DNA of 62,608 bases, counting the filler. It is 5 parts of 5 records of this genome, joined end to end, with 100 filler letters (N's around TTAATTAATTAA, not from the genome) between each part and the next. Parts side by side here need not be neighbours in the genome. Positions count along the whole stretch, not along the records: positions 8,510 to 29,823 come from SRR31156797_4217; 4 more parts are not named here. One strand, written 5' to 3'. The position numbers were made by a program, and so were the translations under genes. A model generated the notes under the pieces. The model worked only from the letters and a program-made list of their open reading frames with translations, was not told the DNA's origin and ran no database searches. The stretch's first letter is position 1, and each line of letters begins with the position of its first letter. This document shows positions 10,307-20,031 of this stretch, piece by piece.

Positions 10307-10380
10307 GCTATTTAGGACTCCCGTTTTTCTTAAAGTATAGCATAAAAGATTGTAAAAACAAAGTTCTGGAGGTAAAATAA

Positions 10381-11442
10381 ATGTTGGAGAGATTTGATAT
10401 TGACTTAAACGATGAATCAGATGAATTATTAGACAGTATAGATGATATGATATTTGACGATGATGACGATGATGATATGTTGGATGGTCTTGAAATAGGA
10501 GGAAATGCTACGGGAGATAGTCCTCTTGCTGATGACGATGACGACGATACGATTTCTGAAGAAGATTTAGAGAAACTTCTGATTGGAATAGATGAGGAAA
10601 ATGGAATTCTTGATATTCCAGATGAGGAAGAAGTTCTTGAGGAGCTTAAATTTGTTGATGAACTTCCTAAAGCATCTTCAAAACCGAAAGAAGCTAAACC
10701 TAAAAAGGCGAAAAAAGCCAAAAAAGAAAAAGGTGAAAAAGAACCTATAAAAATTAACTTGCCAAAAATTGAATTAGGTGGAGTTAAAGAGGTACTTGGA
10801 AAATATAAATTCCATATTGCAGTAGTATTTTTATCTTTTATTGTGTTAACTGGAATTGGAGTTAAACTTTTATCCGGTAAAAATCAAAAAGTTGAAAATG
10901 AAGTTTTTCAAGAAGAAACGCTTACAACTGATGTAGTTCAGTTAAGTGATGATGTGATTGAAGAGAATTTATCAAGCGAGGAACAACTTGCGGTTTATAG
11001 AGGAAAACTTAAATCTGAAGAGATACCTGAGGAAAAACGAGAAGAAGTAGAAGCTAAAATAAAAGAAGTAGAGGAAGTAATAAGGGAAGAAAAACGAGAA
11101 GAAATTAAAAATTATGTAAAAGACTTGAGAGAAGAATATACAGAAGAGTTGGAAACAGTAAAACCTACTGTATTTAAAATTCAAGATCAGAATTTGATAA
11201 TCGGACTGGTTATAAAAGATTTCGATGAAGAGAAGATGTATGGAGAGGTATATACTGCAATAGTAAATGCATTCGAAAAAAATGATAATGTTAAAACAGT
11301 TAATATAAATGTATTTGCAGTTGAAGATCAATTGAGAAAAAAAGTTGAAGTAAATGCAGCTAGATATGAGTTTGAAAGAGTAAAAGAGATGGATGTAGAA
11401 GCAAAAGATAAACTTTTAGCATTTGAAATGGTAAAAAGATAA
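10381..11442 (+). CDS. Hypothetical bitopic membrane protein: very acidic N-terminus, Lys-rich linker, one TM, coiled-coil C-terminal region
   Basis: RBS GGAGG; poly-Asp tracts; TM FHIAVVFLSFIVLTGIGV; followed by a terminator. Confidence 0.8.
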   Translation: MLERFDIDLNDESDELLDSIDDMIFDDDDDDDMLDGLEIGGNATGDSPLADDDDDDTISEEDLEKLLIGIDEENGILDIPDEEEVLEELKFVDELPKASSKPKEAKPKKAKKAKKEKGEKEPIKINLPKIELGGVKEVLGKYKFHIAVVFLSFIVLTGIGVKLLSGKNQKVENEVFQEETLTTDVVQLSDDVIEENLSSEEQLAVYRGKLKSEEIPEEKREEVEAKIKEVEEVIREEKREEIKNYVKDLREEYTEELETVKPTVFKIQDQNLIIGLVIKDFDEEKMYGEVYTAIVNAFEKNDNVKTVNINVFAVEDQLRKKVEVNAARYEFERVKEMDVEAKDKLLAFEMVKR

Positions 11443-11447
11443 CTCAT

Positions 11448-11476
11448 AAAAAAACAGGCTGTGCCTGTTTTTTTTT
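11448..11476 (+). terminator. Intrinsic terminator
   Basis: AAAAAAACAGGC-TGT-GCCTGTTTTTTTTT. Confidence 0.8.
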
Positions 11477-11593
11477 GGTATAAATCTTTATTTAAATTAT
11501 TGTCCGAAATTTAATTTTTAATACAGAAAACGGAAAAAAGATACTAATTATTTTTAAAATAAAAGTTTATATTACTTATTGTTAAGTGAGTGT

Positions 11594-11657
11594 AATAAAT
11601 ATTGTGAAAAATCAATATTTATTTGCAATTTTAAGCAAATAAGTGATATTATATAAT
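11594..11657 (+). promoter_or_regulatory. Putative sigma70 promoter of the pilus operon with upstream 11-bp inverted repeat
   Basis: IR AATAAATATTG-N8-CAATATTTATT (11594-11623); TTGCAA (11623-11628) and TGnTATTAT (11644-11652). Confidence 0.45.
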
Positions 11658-11756
11658 TGATGTTGAATGCTATTTTTCAATGTTTGTTTATGGATTATTA
11701 TGTATGAAAATAAATAAAAATCGTGATTTACACAATTATAAAATTTCTAATTAGAG

Positions 11757-13481
11757 GTGGATAAAATGGTTATCGTTAGAAGGCAGCTGATGTTAGGAGA
11801 TAAACTTATTCAAGAAGGGTTGATAACAGAAGATGAGTTAACCCTTGCTTTAATGGAACAAAAAAAATCAAAATCAAAATTAGGGGAAACACTAATTAAA
11901 TTAGGATATATTAGGGCAGCTGATCTTTTGCCTGTTTTAGCAAGTCATATTGGAGTTGCAAGTGCAATAATAACGTTTGAAGAATTAAATGCTTCTTTAC
12001 TTGAAAAACTACCTGAGGATTTTATATTAAAAAATTCGGTTATTCCTTTAAGAAAAGAAGGAAATAAGCTCGTTATTGCAATGGCTGACCCAACTAATGT
12101 ATTTTTAATTGATGAGATTCAATTAAGAACAAAAGAAGTAATTAAACCGATATTATCATTTTCAAGTAATATAGAACAAGTGATAAAAGAGTTTGAAGAG
12201 GCTAAAAGCCAGGATTCAACAAAAAGTATGGACTCTATTTTATCTGAGTTTACTGGACTTGATGGAGACGATGTAGTAGTTGATGAAGTTGAAGAACTTG
12301 AAACAGGTTTATCTTCAGACAGTGCTCCTATCATTAGAATAGTTAATGCTATTATTGGAAAAGCAGTAAGAATGGGAGCCAGTGATATTCACATTGAGCC
12401 TTATGGTAAAAGTGTAAGAGTAAGATGTAGAGTTGATGGGGTTTTAATTGAGATAAACTCTTTCGCTAAAACAGCATTTAATGCAATTGTATCGAGAATA
12501 AAAATTATGTCTGATCTGGATATTGCTGAAAAGAGACTTCCTCAAGATGGAAGATTTAGAATTAAAACAGGTGGAAGAAATATTGATTTTAGAATTTCAA
12601 CACTACCTACAATTAATGGTGAAAAAATAGTAATGAGAATTCTGGATAAAGGAACACAAAAACTAGATTTGGAAGTTTTAGGGTATACAGAAGAAGATTT
12701 AAAAAAAATAAATAATGCTCTTGAGATGCCATACGGTATGATTCTGGTTACCGGACCAACAGGAAGTGGAAAATCCACAACACTTTATTCCGCGTTAATG
12801 AAACTGAATGATGATCAAACGAATATATCAACAGCAGAAGACCCTGTAGAGTATGAAATAGAGGGAATTAATCAAGTTCATTGTAAAGCGGAAATTGGCC
12901 TTGACTTCGCAAGTGCTTTAAGATCATTTTTAAGACAAGATCCGGATGTTGTAATGGTTGGAGAGATAAGAGATAGAGAAACTGCAGAAATATCAATTAA
13001 AGCTGCATTAACAGGTCATCTGCTTTTATCTACGCTTCATACAAACGATGCACCTGGAAGTATTCACAGATTAATCAATATGGGTGTAGAGCCATTTATG
13101 ATTTCTGCATCATTACTGGCAGTTACAGCTCAAAGACTTGCCAGAAGAATTTGTCCTGAATGTAAAGAAATAAAAGAGTATCAGCCAGGAATATTTACTT
13201 CGTTAAATCTTGATTATCAAAAATATAAAAATAAAACATATTACCATGGTAGAGGTTGTACTCACTGTAATGGTACGGGCTATAAGGGTAGAGTAGGTTT
13301 ACACGAAATAATGATACTTGATGATGATTTAAGGGATCTAATATCTAGTAGGGCTACAACAATGGAGATCAGAAAAAAGGCACAGGAAAATGGAATGAAA
13401 ACGCTTAGAGATCATGCGTTGCAAAAAGCAGAAGAGGGAGAAACAACTCTTGAAGAGGTATTGAGAGTTACGATGGTTTAG
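11757..13481 (+). CDS. pilB: Type IV pilus assembly ATPase PilB (GspE/PulE family) with N-terminal MshEN domain; likely start ATG 11766
   Basis: ASDIHIEP, LPQDGR, Walker A GPTGSGKST, LRQDPDVVMVGEIRD, TGHLLLSTLHTND, tetracysteine CPEC/CTHC. Confidence 0.95.
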   Translation: MDKMVIVRRQLMLGDKLIQEGLITEDELTLALMEQKKSKSKLGETLIKLGYIRAADLLPVLASHIGVASAIITFEELNASLLEKLPEDFILKNSVIPLRKEGNKLVIAMADPTNVFLIDEIQLRTKEVIKPILSFSSNIEQVIKEFEEAKSQDSTKSMDSILSEFTGLDGDDVVVDEVEELETGLSSDSAPIIRIVNAIIGKAVRMGASDIHIEPYGKSVRVRCRVDGVLIEINSFAKTAFNAIVSRIKIMSDLDIAEKRLPQDGRFRIKTGGRNIDFRISTLPTINGEKIVMRILDKGTQKLDLEVLGYTEEDLKKINNALEMPYGMILVTGPTGSGKSTTLYSALMKLNDDQTNISTAEDPVEYEIEGINQVHCKAEIGLDFASALRSFLRQDPDVVMVGEIRDRETAEISIKAALTGHLLLSTLHTNDAPGSIHRLINMGVEPFMISASLLAVTAQRLARRICPECKEIKEYQPGIFTSLNLDYQKYKNKTYYHGRGCTHCNGTGYKGRVGLHEIMILDDDLRDLISSRATTMEIRKKAQENGMKTLRDHALQKAEEGETTLEEVLRVTMV

Positions 13482-13491
13482 GAGGATATAA

Positions 13492-14736
13492 ATGACAAGG
13501 TATAGTTTCGAGGCAATAGATAGAAGCGGTAAGAAGTTTAGAGAAGAGGCTGAGGTTAAAGATTTAAAAGAATTGAAACAACTTCTAAAGCAACAAAATC
13601 TAATTTTAGTAAAAGCTAATAAAAAAAGAGGAGGAACTTCAAAAAAAAGTTCTAAATCAAAATCTAAAACTCAGACAACTAAAAAAGCAGGACTTTTCCA
13701 AAGGGTTAAGCAAAAAGAACTGGTTGTTTTAACCAGACAGCTTGCTACTCTGATCGATTCTGGTTTACCTCTATTAAGAGCGATATCTATTTTAACTGAA
13801 CAAGCAGTTAATCCTAAACTAAAGACTATAATGCAAAGTGTAAAATCTGACCTGACTGAAGGGATAGAATTTTCTAAATCCTTGGCTAAATTTCCAAAAC
13901 AATTTGATAAACTATATGTAAATATGATAAGAGCAGGAGAGGCATCCGGCTCACTTGAAATTGTACTTAAAAGATTATCAAAAAGTATGGAAGATGCAAG
14001 GGAGATACAAGGCAAAGTTAGAAATGCATTGACATATCCAATTGTAGTTGTAGTTATATCGATTGGAATTGTGTATGGTATGATGACTTTCGTTGTACCC
14101 CGATTTGTAGATATGTTTGATAGTTTTGGAGCTGATTTACCTGCTTATACACAATTTGTTTTTAATTTAAGTGGATATTTTAAAAAATATTGGTGGTTAA
14201 TATTGGCGATAGTTTTTGGAACGGGATTTCTATTTTATAAATCAATTCAAACTGAAAAAGGGAAGTATGTATTTCATAGCGTGGTATTGAGACTTCCGAT
14301 ATTTGGAGAGCTTTTAAGAAAAGTTGCTGTATCTAGATTTACCAGAACAATGTCAACGCTTGTTGAAAGTGGAGTACCTATACTTATATCATTTGATATA
14401 GCATCAGAAACATCAGGAAATAGTGTTATTTCAAAAGTTATACTTGAAGCAAAAGATAGTATTAGAAAAGGTGAGACTATTTCGAAACCACTACGAGAGA
14501 GCGGTGAATTTCCAATTATGGTAACTCAAATGATACAAGTTGGAGAAGAGAGTGGAACACTTATTGATATGTTGAGTAAAGTATCTGACTTCCAGGATGT
14601 AGAAGTTAAAGAAATTATAACAACAACACTGGCAATTTTAGAGCCAATGGCTATATTAATAATGGCTTTAATAGTTGGTTCAATTGTTATAGCGCTTTTC
14701 TTACCTCTAACAATGATAAGTGATTTTGTAGGTTAG
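13492..14736 (+). CDS. pilC: Type IV pilus platform protein PilC (GspF family)
   Basis: TRQLATLIDSGLPL, AGEASGSL, ALTYP, VGEESGTL, LEP motifs. Confidence 0.95.
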   Translation: MTRYSFEAIDRSGKKFREEAEVKDLKELKQLLKQQNLILVKANKKRGGTSKKSSKSKSKTQTTKKAGLFQRVKQKELVVLTRQLATLIDSGLPLLRAISILTEQAVNPKLKTIMQSVKSDLTEGIEFSKSLAKFPKQFDKLYVNMIRAGEASGSLEIVLKRLSKSMEDAREIQGKVRNALTYPIVVVVISIGIVYGMMTFVVPRFVDMFDSFGADLPAYTQFVFNLSGYFKKYWWLILAIVFGTGFLFYKSIQTEKGKYVFHSVVLRLPIFGELLRKVAVSRFTRTMSTLVESGVPILISFDIASETSGNSVISKVILEAKDSIRKGETISKPLRESGEFPIMVTQMIQVGEESGTLIDMLSKVSDFQDVEVKEIITTTLAILEPMAILIMALIVGSIVIALFLPLTMISDFVG

Positions 14737-14751
14737 TTATTAGGAGTAAAA

Positions 14752-15513
14752 ATGAAAGATATAATAATAAAAGTAAATAATTTATCTAAAACATATAAAG
14801 AAACTGATATATTTAAGCAATTAAAAGGTAATAAAAGTAAAAGAGGAATAGAGAATATAAGTTTTGAAGTAAAGCAGGGCGAAATGTTTTCTATTATTGG
14901 TTTAAACGGAGCCGGAAAAACAACACTGCTTAAATGCTTGCTAAACTTGATAGAGTTTGACCAAGGTGAAATAGAAATATTTGGAGAAAATACTCTGTCA
15001 CTTAACTCTAAATCATTTATTGGATATTTACCAGAAATTTCTTATTATCCAAAAGATTTAAAACTTTTAGATTTAATGTGTTTTTACGGTGAGCTTTATG
15101 GAATGAATAAAACTAATTTAAAAGAAAAAATAATTGAATCTCTAAAAGTCGTTGGATTAAATAGCGTGACAAATGAAAGGTTAAACAGCTTCTCAAAAGG
15201 AATGCTTCAAAAAGTCGGAATAGCACAAGCTATCCTGAATAAACCAAAACTTCTGTTTTTGGATGAACCTATGTCTGGTTTGGATCCGCTTGCAAGGCGA
15301 GGAATAATTGAATTACTGGAAAAATTAAAAAATGAGGGAACGACGATTTTTCTCAATACTCACATTCTTAATGACATTGAAAGGATAGGGGAGAGAGTTC
15401 TAATTATGCATGAAGGAAAAATAAAAGAGGAGCTTGATTTACGAGTCGTAAAAAAAAGTTTTTCTCTTGAAGAATATTTTATAAATGTAGTAAAAGGTGA
15501 ATTAAATGCTTAA
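14752..15513 (+). CDS. ABC transporter ATP-binding protein (PilH-like)
   Basis: GLNGAGKTT, signature variant FSKGMLQK, LFLDEPMSGLDP. Confidence 0.9.
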   Translation: MKDIIIKVNNLSKTYKETDIFKQLKGNKSKRGIENISFEVKQGEMFSIIGLNGAGKTTLLKCLLNLIEFDQGEIEIFGENTLSLNSKSFIGYLPEISYYPKDLKLLDLMCFYGELYGMNKTNLKEKIIESLKVVGLNSVTNERLNSFSKGMLQKVGIAQAILNKPKLLFLDEPMSGLDPLARRGIIELLEKLKNEGTTIFLNTHILNDIERIGERVLIMHEGKIKEELDLRVVKKSFSLEEYFINVVKGELNA

Positions 15514-16264
15514 AAAAAGTTTTGCTGTTGCAAAATATACTTTAAAAGAAAATATTTCAAATAAAATATTTAATGGATTTATTTTATTCGCATTAATAAT
15601 ACTTGGTGGAATATTTATATTAAAAGAATTAACTCTTTATGAAAGCTTAAAAGTAATAAAAGATATTGGCTTTTTCTTAATTGAATTTTTTCTTTTACTA
15701 ATAACAGTTTATCTTTCATCAACTTTAGTTATAAAAGCTCATAAAGAAAAATCAATATATTTAATATTAACCAAATCAATAACAAGAACTCAATATATAG
15801 TTGGAGTAACTATAGGAATTTTTATGATATTGGGAATTTATCTTTTTTTTCTTTCCGGAGTCTTATCTGCAGTTTTATTTGGTGAGGGATTTAAGTTTAC
15901 AAGTGAATATTTTTTAATTCTTTTAAATATTTATTATAAATTATTAATACTTTCATCATTAGGAGTCTTGTTTTCAGTTATATCAGATTCGTATGTGACA
16001 GGAAATATATTTACTTTTTGTATCTATATTATCTCGCATATGACTTTTGAATTTAAACTAATGGCTGAAAAAGTAACCGGGTTGGGTTCAAAATATTTGT
16101 TGATACTGCTTCATTTTATTTTACCGAAATATTATCTTCTTAATCGTAAAGATTATTTACTTGAAGTAGATATAAATGATCTGAAAGTATTTGTATATGT
16201 ATTACTTTATATAGCATTAATATTGCTTATAAATTCTTTTATATTTGAGAAAAGGAAGTTGTAG
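15506..16264 (+). CDS. ABC-2 type permease (PilI-like)
   Basis: 6 TM; KSIYLILTKSITRTQYIVG motif; C-terminal FEKRKL; overlaps the ATPase stop. Confidence 0.85.
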   Translation: MLKKSFAVAKYTLKENISNKIFNGFILFALIILGGIFILKELTLYESLKVIKDIGFFLIEFFLLLITVYLSSTLVIKAHKEKSIYLILTKSITRTQYIVGVTIGIFMILGIYLFFLSGVLSAVLFGEGFKFTSEYFLILLNIYYKLLILSSLGVLFSVISDSYVTGNIFTFCIYIISHMTFEFKLMAEKVTGLGSKYLLILLHFILPKYYLLNRKDYLLEVDINDLKVFVYVLLYIALILLINSFIFEKRKL

Positions 16265-16265
16265 T

Positions 16266-16943
16266 ATGAAAAAACTACTTTTTTTAGTACTATTGATTCT
16301 GTTTGTTATTATTAACCTATACACAACAGAAGATGAAATTAAAGTATTTGAAGGTACATCACTACAAAAAATTAAACCTGATATTAAAGTAAGAATTGCA
16401 AAATTAAGTGGAATTAGAAAAGCTGGTTCATCATTGTTATGGGTGAAGCATGGTTTACAAATAGGCGATATTATTGAAAAATCTGAAGAAAAATCATTTA
16501 AAGTAAATCAACTTTATCAGAATTCTTTAAATATAGCATATCTTGACCCCTATTTTAAACAAAATTATTATACTAGTTCGGCGGTATTGGCTTTCATTAG
16601 AACGCTTAAAGCACATGAGGAAGCGCTTGAAATATTGCAAGTAGGAATATCAAATAACCCTAGTGAAAAACTGTTTAAAAGATATGCCGGTGCAATTATT
16701 GCAAGTTCAAAAAATGATACTGAAAAATTAATTTCAGTAATTGAGGAAATTTTACAAGAAAAATTTGATGAAGAATTAATACTGTTTTTGGTGAAAGTGT
16801 ACGAAAAAAAGTATTCAGAAACTGGAAACAGTTTCTATCAAAATAAAATTATTTCACTTTTAGAATTGTTATTTAAGTTTGGAACAGAAAAAAGTAAAAA
16901 AACAGCAGTCATGAAGTTAGATGACTTGAAAGTAATCGAATAA
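16266..16943 (+). CDS. Membrane-anchored TPR-like helical protein (PilG-like)
   Basis: N-terminal hydrophobic anchor from ATG 16266; LLWVK...LDPYF...ALEILQVG...NP pattern resembling deltaproteobacterial PilG-type proteins. Confidence 0.6.
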   Translation: MKKLLFLVLLILFVIINLYTTEDEIKVFEGTSLQKIKPDIKVRIAKLSGIRKAGSSLLWVKHGLQIGDIIEKSEEKSFKVNQLYQNSLNIAYLDPYFKQNYYTSSAVLAFIRTLKAHEEALEILQVGISNNPSEKLFKRYAGAIIASSKNDTEKLISVIEEILQEKFDEELILFLVKVYEKKYSETGNSFYQNKIISLLELLFKFGTEKSKKTAVMKLDDLKVIE

Positions 16944-17078
16944 GTTAATATTAAAACATTACATAATGATAAAAAACACTTTATTTTGCTGTTGAAATGT
17001 GATATAAATATAGGTGAAGCTTATGTTTATAAGCAGTGAGTTTATAATAAAATTTAATTAAAAATTGAAGGAGGAATT

Positions 17079-17510
17079 ATGAAAAACAAAATGAAAAAAG
17101 GATTTACACTGGTTGAACTAATGATAGTTGTGGCAATTATGGGTATACTTGCAGCAGTATCGGCACCAAGATTAGGAGATCAAATTAGAAAAGCAAGAGA
17201 TGGAAAAGGTTTAGCTATAGTAGGAGCTTTAAGATCAGCCTCAATGATTAATTTGGCGGACAATGATGGAGTGGCTGCTACATCAACAGCTGCTTTAATA
17301 GCTGAAATTGATTCTCAATCTCAAGGCGAAGTGACAACATCTGGGGCACTTGTTTATGTGTTAGTAGGAACAAATACAACTGCGCAAGGGGTTACGATTG
17401 ATGGTAGTACTGTAACAATTGAACTAGACGATCCTGACGAAGATGGTGTTATTGATATTTCATCTGATAATGGGAATGATACAAAAAATAACGCATGGGA
17501 CGAATATTAA
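17079..17510 (+). CDS. pilA: Type IV major pilin candidate
   Basis: Class III signal KKG|FTLVELMIVVAIMGILAA; strong RBS GGAGGA, 135-bp upstream gap and own downstream terminator. Confidence 0.85.
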   Translation: MKNKMKKGFTLVELMIVVAIMGILAAVSAPRLGDQIRKARDGKGLAIVGALRSASMINLADNDGVAATSTAALIAEIDSQSQGEVTTSGALVYVLVGTNTTAQGVTIDGSTVTIELDDPDEDGVIDISSDNGNDTKNNAWDEY

Positions 17511-17519
17511 AAATTAATT

Positions 17520-17545
17520 AAAGGCGGTTTTATACCGCCTTTTTT
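17520..17545 (+). terminator. Terminator/attenuator after major pilin
   Basis: AAAGGCGGT-TTTAT-ACCGCCTTT followed by T-tract. Confidence 0.85.
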
Positions 17546-17562
17546 AAGATTCGGGTGATAGA

Positions 17563-18033
17563 ATGAAAGAGGGATTTACATTAATTGAATTAATGATAGG
17601 AATAGCTATTATGGCTGTATTAGCTTTGGTCTCAGCCCCCAAATTTAGTACTCAAGTAAAACGGACAAAAGACTCTAGAGTTATTGGTACATTATCAGCG
17701 TTAAGAAGTGCATCAAATTTTTATTATTCTGATAATTTCGAACACTCTGTAAGAATGAGAAGCTTAATTGATAATATTACACACAATGAAATTTTAGAAG
17801 AGTCAATTTCGTATACGTCAGGAAGTTCGATAACTTCATATCAACAACAAGCGGGAACAGTTGAATTAGTTGGCGGCACAATTAGTATTGGAACAGTTGG
17901 TGAACTAAATGGTGAGACTAGTGTTGCAGAGATTTATTATAATAATACAGATGGAACTCTTTATATTGACGGGGTTACAGGTAGCGGAATGAATTTTTTA
18001 GATACAAAAGAAAATTTATGGAATGAATATTAA
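17563..18033 (+). CDS. Second type IV pilin (paralog of upstream pilin)
   Basis: EG|FTLIELMIGIAIMAVLALVSAP; shares ALRSAS and C-terminal DTKxNxWxEY with 17079-17510. Confidence 0.88.
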   Translation: MKEGFTLIELMIGIAIMAVLALVSAPKFSTQVKRTKDSRVIGTLSALRSASNFYYSDNFEHSVRMRSLIDNITHNEILEESISYTSGSSITSYQQQAGTVELVGGTISIGTVGELNGETSVAEIYYNNTDGTLYIDGVTGSGMNFLDTKENLWNEY

Positions 18034-18785
18034 TGGAGGAAACAGTTTTGGATTTACTGTATATATTTTTACTAGGATTAATAATAGGAAGTTTTTTAAA
18101 TGTATGTGTATATAGAGTTCCAAGAGGTGAAAGCATTAACTTTCCACCTTCACATTGTCCAACTTGTAAGGAAGCTGTGAAGTGGTTTGACAATATTCCT
18201 GTATTCTCTTATTTAGCTTTACATGGAAAATGTAGAGTTTGTAAAAGTAAAATTTCGGTTGTTTATCCATTAATTGAATTAATAACGGGAATTTTATTTT
18301 TATTATGTTATATTAACTTTGGATTAAATCTATTTTTACTGAAATGGTTAGTGTTTATTTGTTTATTAATTGTTTTATCAATGATCGATATTAAAACTTA
18401 CGAATTTCCGGAGAAATTAACTTTTTCACTAATTTTTATAGGTTATATCTTTTCTTTTATATCTCCTGATTTAACACTAGAGATGTCATTTATTGGATCA
18501 GCTGTTTATGCTTTTCCATTTATGATTATTTATGCTTATGGAGAATCGATATTGCATAAAGACATTATGGGCTTTGGAGATGTAAAATTAGCTGCAGGAA
18601 TTGGTGCATTTCTGGGATATAAAAGTTTTTATTTAACGTATATGTTTTTTACAGCAAGCTTTGTAATAGGAGCAATAATTAGTATAATTCTAATTGTTAC
18701 AAAAGTAAAAGAGAGGAAAGAATTAATTCCATTTGGACCATTTCTTTCATTAGCAGCACTTGTTATGCTGTTTTACTTTAATTAA
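18033..18785 (+). CDS. pilD: Prepilin peptidase/N-methyltransferase PilD
   Basis: GSFLNVCVYRVP, SHCPTC, GKCRVC, catalytic Asp motifs MID and GFGDVKL, IPFGPFL. Confidence 0.95.
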   Translation: MEETVLDLLYIFLLGLIIGSFLNVCVYRVPRGESINFPPSHCPTCKEAVKWFDNIPVFSYLALHGKCRVCKSKISVVYPLIELITGILFLLCYINFGLNLFLLKWLVFICLLIVLSMIDIKTYEFPEKLTFSLIFIGYIFSFISPDLTLEMSFIGSAVYAFPFMIIYAYGESILHKDIMGFGDVKLAAGIGAFLGYKSFYLTYMFFTASFVIGAIISIILIVTKVKERKELIPFGPFLSLAALVMLFYFN

Positions 18786-18816
18786 CAAATATATGAAAAA
18801 TTTTAGGTGATAGAAT

Positions 18817-19425
18817 ATGAAAAAAAACAAAGGATATTCACTGTTGGAGGTATTGGTTGCCTTTTCTATACTAACTATAGCGATGATACCAATTCTTTCA
18901 ATGTACCCGCTAATGTTCAAGATGAGTAGACGTGCAGGAACGAGTGAAGAATATGCCAGATTAAGTTTATCGATAATTGACTATATTAAGTCTAGAGGTT
19001 ATAACAACTTAAAAGATAATAGTACCGTGATTGGAGTAACAACTACTTATGCATTTACACCAACAAATGGAGCATTTTATGCTCCTAACTTTGAAGGTCA
19101 TTATGGTATTCCGAGTGGTTTTTTTCTCGTAAACTCAAAAGAAGGAAATCTAACTGATGTTAAAATGGAAGTAAAAATTTCAAAAGATTATTTTGAAATA
19201 AAAGATTCTATAGGTGGTATTATAGAGTATTATAGCCCTGTTTCTGGAGAAAAATCAACAGATGGAGACTTTAACTTAGAGGTATTAACTACTGAAAAAG
19301 AGAGAGTTTTAAACTTTTTTTTGGTAGGAGAAATTAAAATTGGAAAAGATGATGGTAGTGGTTCTATTTCAACAGATGGTGACTATTCAACGACATTTGT
19401 TGTTTCACCAATAGAAAATTGGTAA
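18817..19425 (+). CDS. Minor pilin (PilV-like)
   Basis: KG|YSLLEVLVAFSIL class III signal with E5. Confidence 0.8.
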   Translation: MKKNKGYSLLEVLVAFSILTIAMIPILSMYPLMFKMSRRAGTSEEYARLSLSIIDYIKSRGYNNLKDNSTVIGVTTTYAFTPTNGAFYAPNFEGHYGIPSGFFLVNSKEGNLTDVKMEVKISKDYFEIKDSIGGIIEYYSPVSGEKSTDGDFNLEVLTTEKERVLNFFLVGEIKIGKDDGSGSISTDGDYSTTFVVSPIENW

Positions 19426-19441
19426 AAAAAGGGGTGGAAAA

Positions 19442-20008
19442 GTGAAAAATAAAGGTTATACACTTTTGGAAATATTAATTGCAGTAGCTATGTTGGCAAT
19501 TTTCGCTACCTTATTGATGCCTCTTGGGACAGCATTTACCAAATCGCATAATAAAATGACAGAAATAAACGAGTTAGATTTAGAACTATCGAAGACCGCG
19601 GAAATAATTAAAAGATCTATAAGGGCAGCTCAGGATGATGATGTTACTACTAACGGAGCAATAGCGATACTTGAACCAGCAGACTCATTGACAGCCACCT
19701 CATCTGCCTTAACTTTAATTATCAACGACGGTTCAAATTATCAATATGTGAGATTTTGGTATGATGAGGATAATAGAATAGACGGAGTAGCAGATTTTTA
19801 TGTAACTACAACAACAAATGCAGCAATAGCAACTTCTAATATAGGTGGTTCAGTTCTCGTGTCTGATGTTGAATCGGTGGAATTTAGATTTTATGAGAAT
19901 ATAGTTACAATGTATTTTAAACTAACAAAAGGTGGACTAACTAGAGAAATAAGAGATGCGGGAGTTACAAGAATAGATTATCAGATAAGTAAAAAAGTAA
20001 CTTTTTAA
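19442..20008 (+). CDS. Minor pilin (PilW/PulJ-like)
   Basis: KG|YTLLEILIAVAML; helix ending IKRSIRAA typical of PilW/GspJ. Confidence 0.8.
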   Translation: MKNKGYTLLEILIAVAMLAIFATLLMPLGTAFTKSHNKMTEINELDLELSKTAEIIKRSIRAAQDDDVTTNGAIAILEPADSLTATSSALTLIINDGSNYQYVRFWYDEDNRIDGVADFYVTTTTNAAIATSNIGGSVLVSDVESVEFRFYENIVTMYFKLTKGGLTREIRDAGVTRIDYQISKKVTF

Positions 20009-20031
20009 TGTTGAAATTTAGGTGATTATTT

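Noticed and set aside
10308..10721. Ser-rich 137-aa minus-strand ORF
   Set aside because: Antisense shadow of the GAT/GAC-rich acidic gene 10381-11442
17079..17510. Possible electrically conductive (e-pilin) pilus, given the Geobacter-like ABC module
   Set aside because: Pilin is full length with few aromatic residues and long aromatic-free gaps
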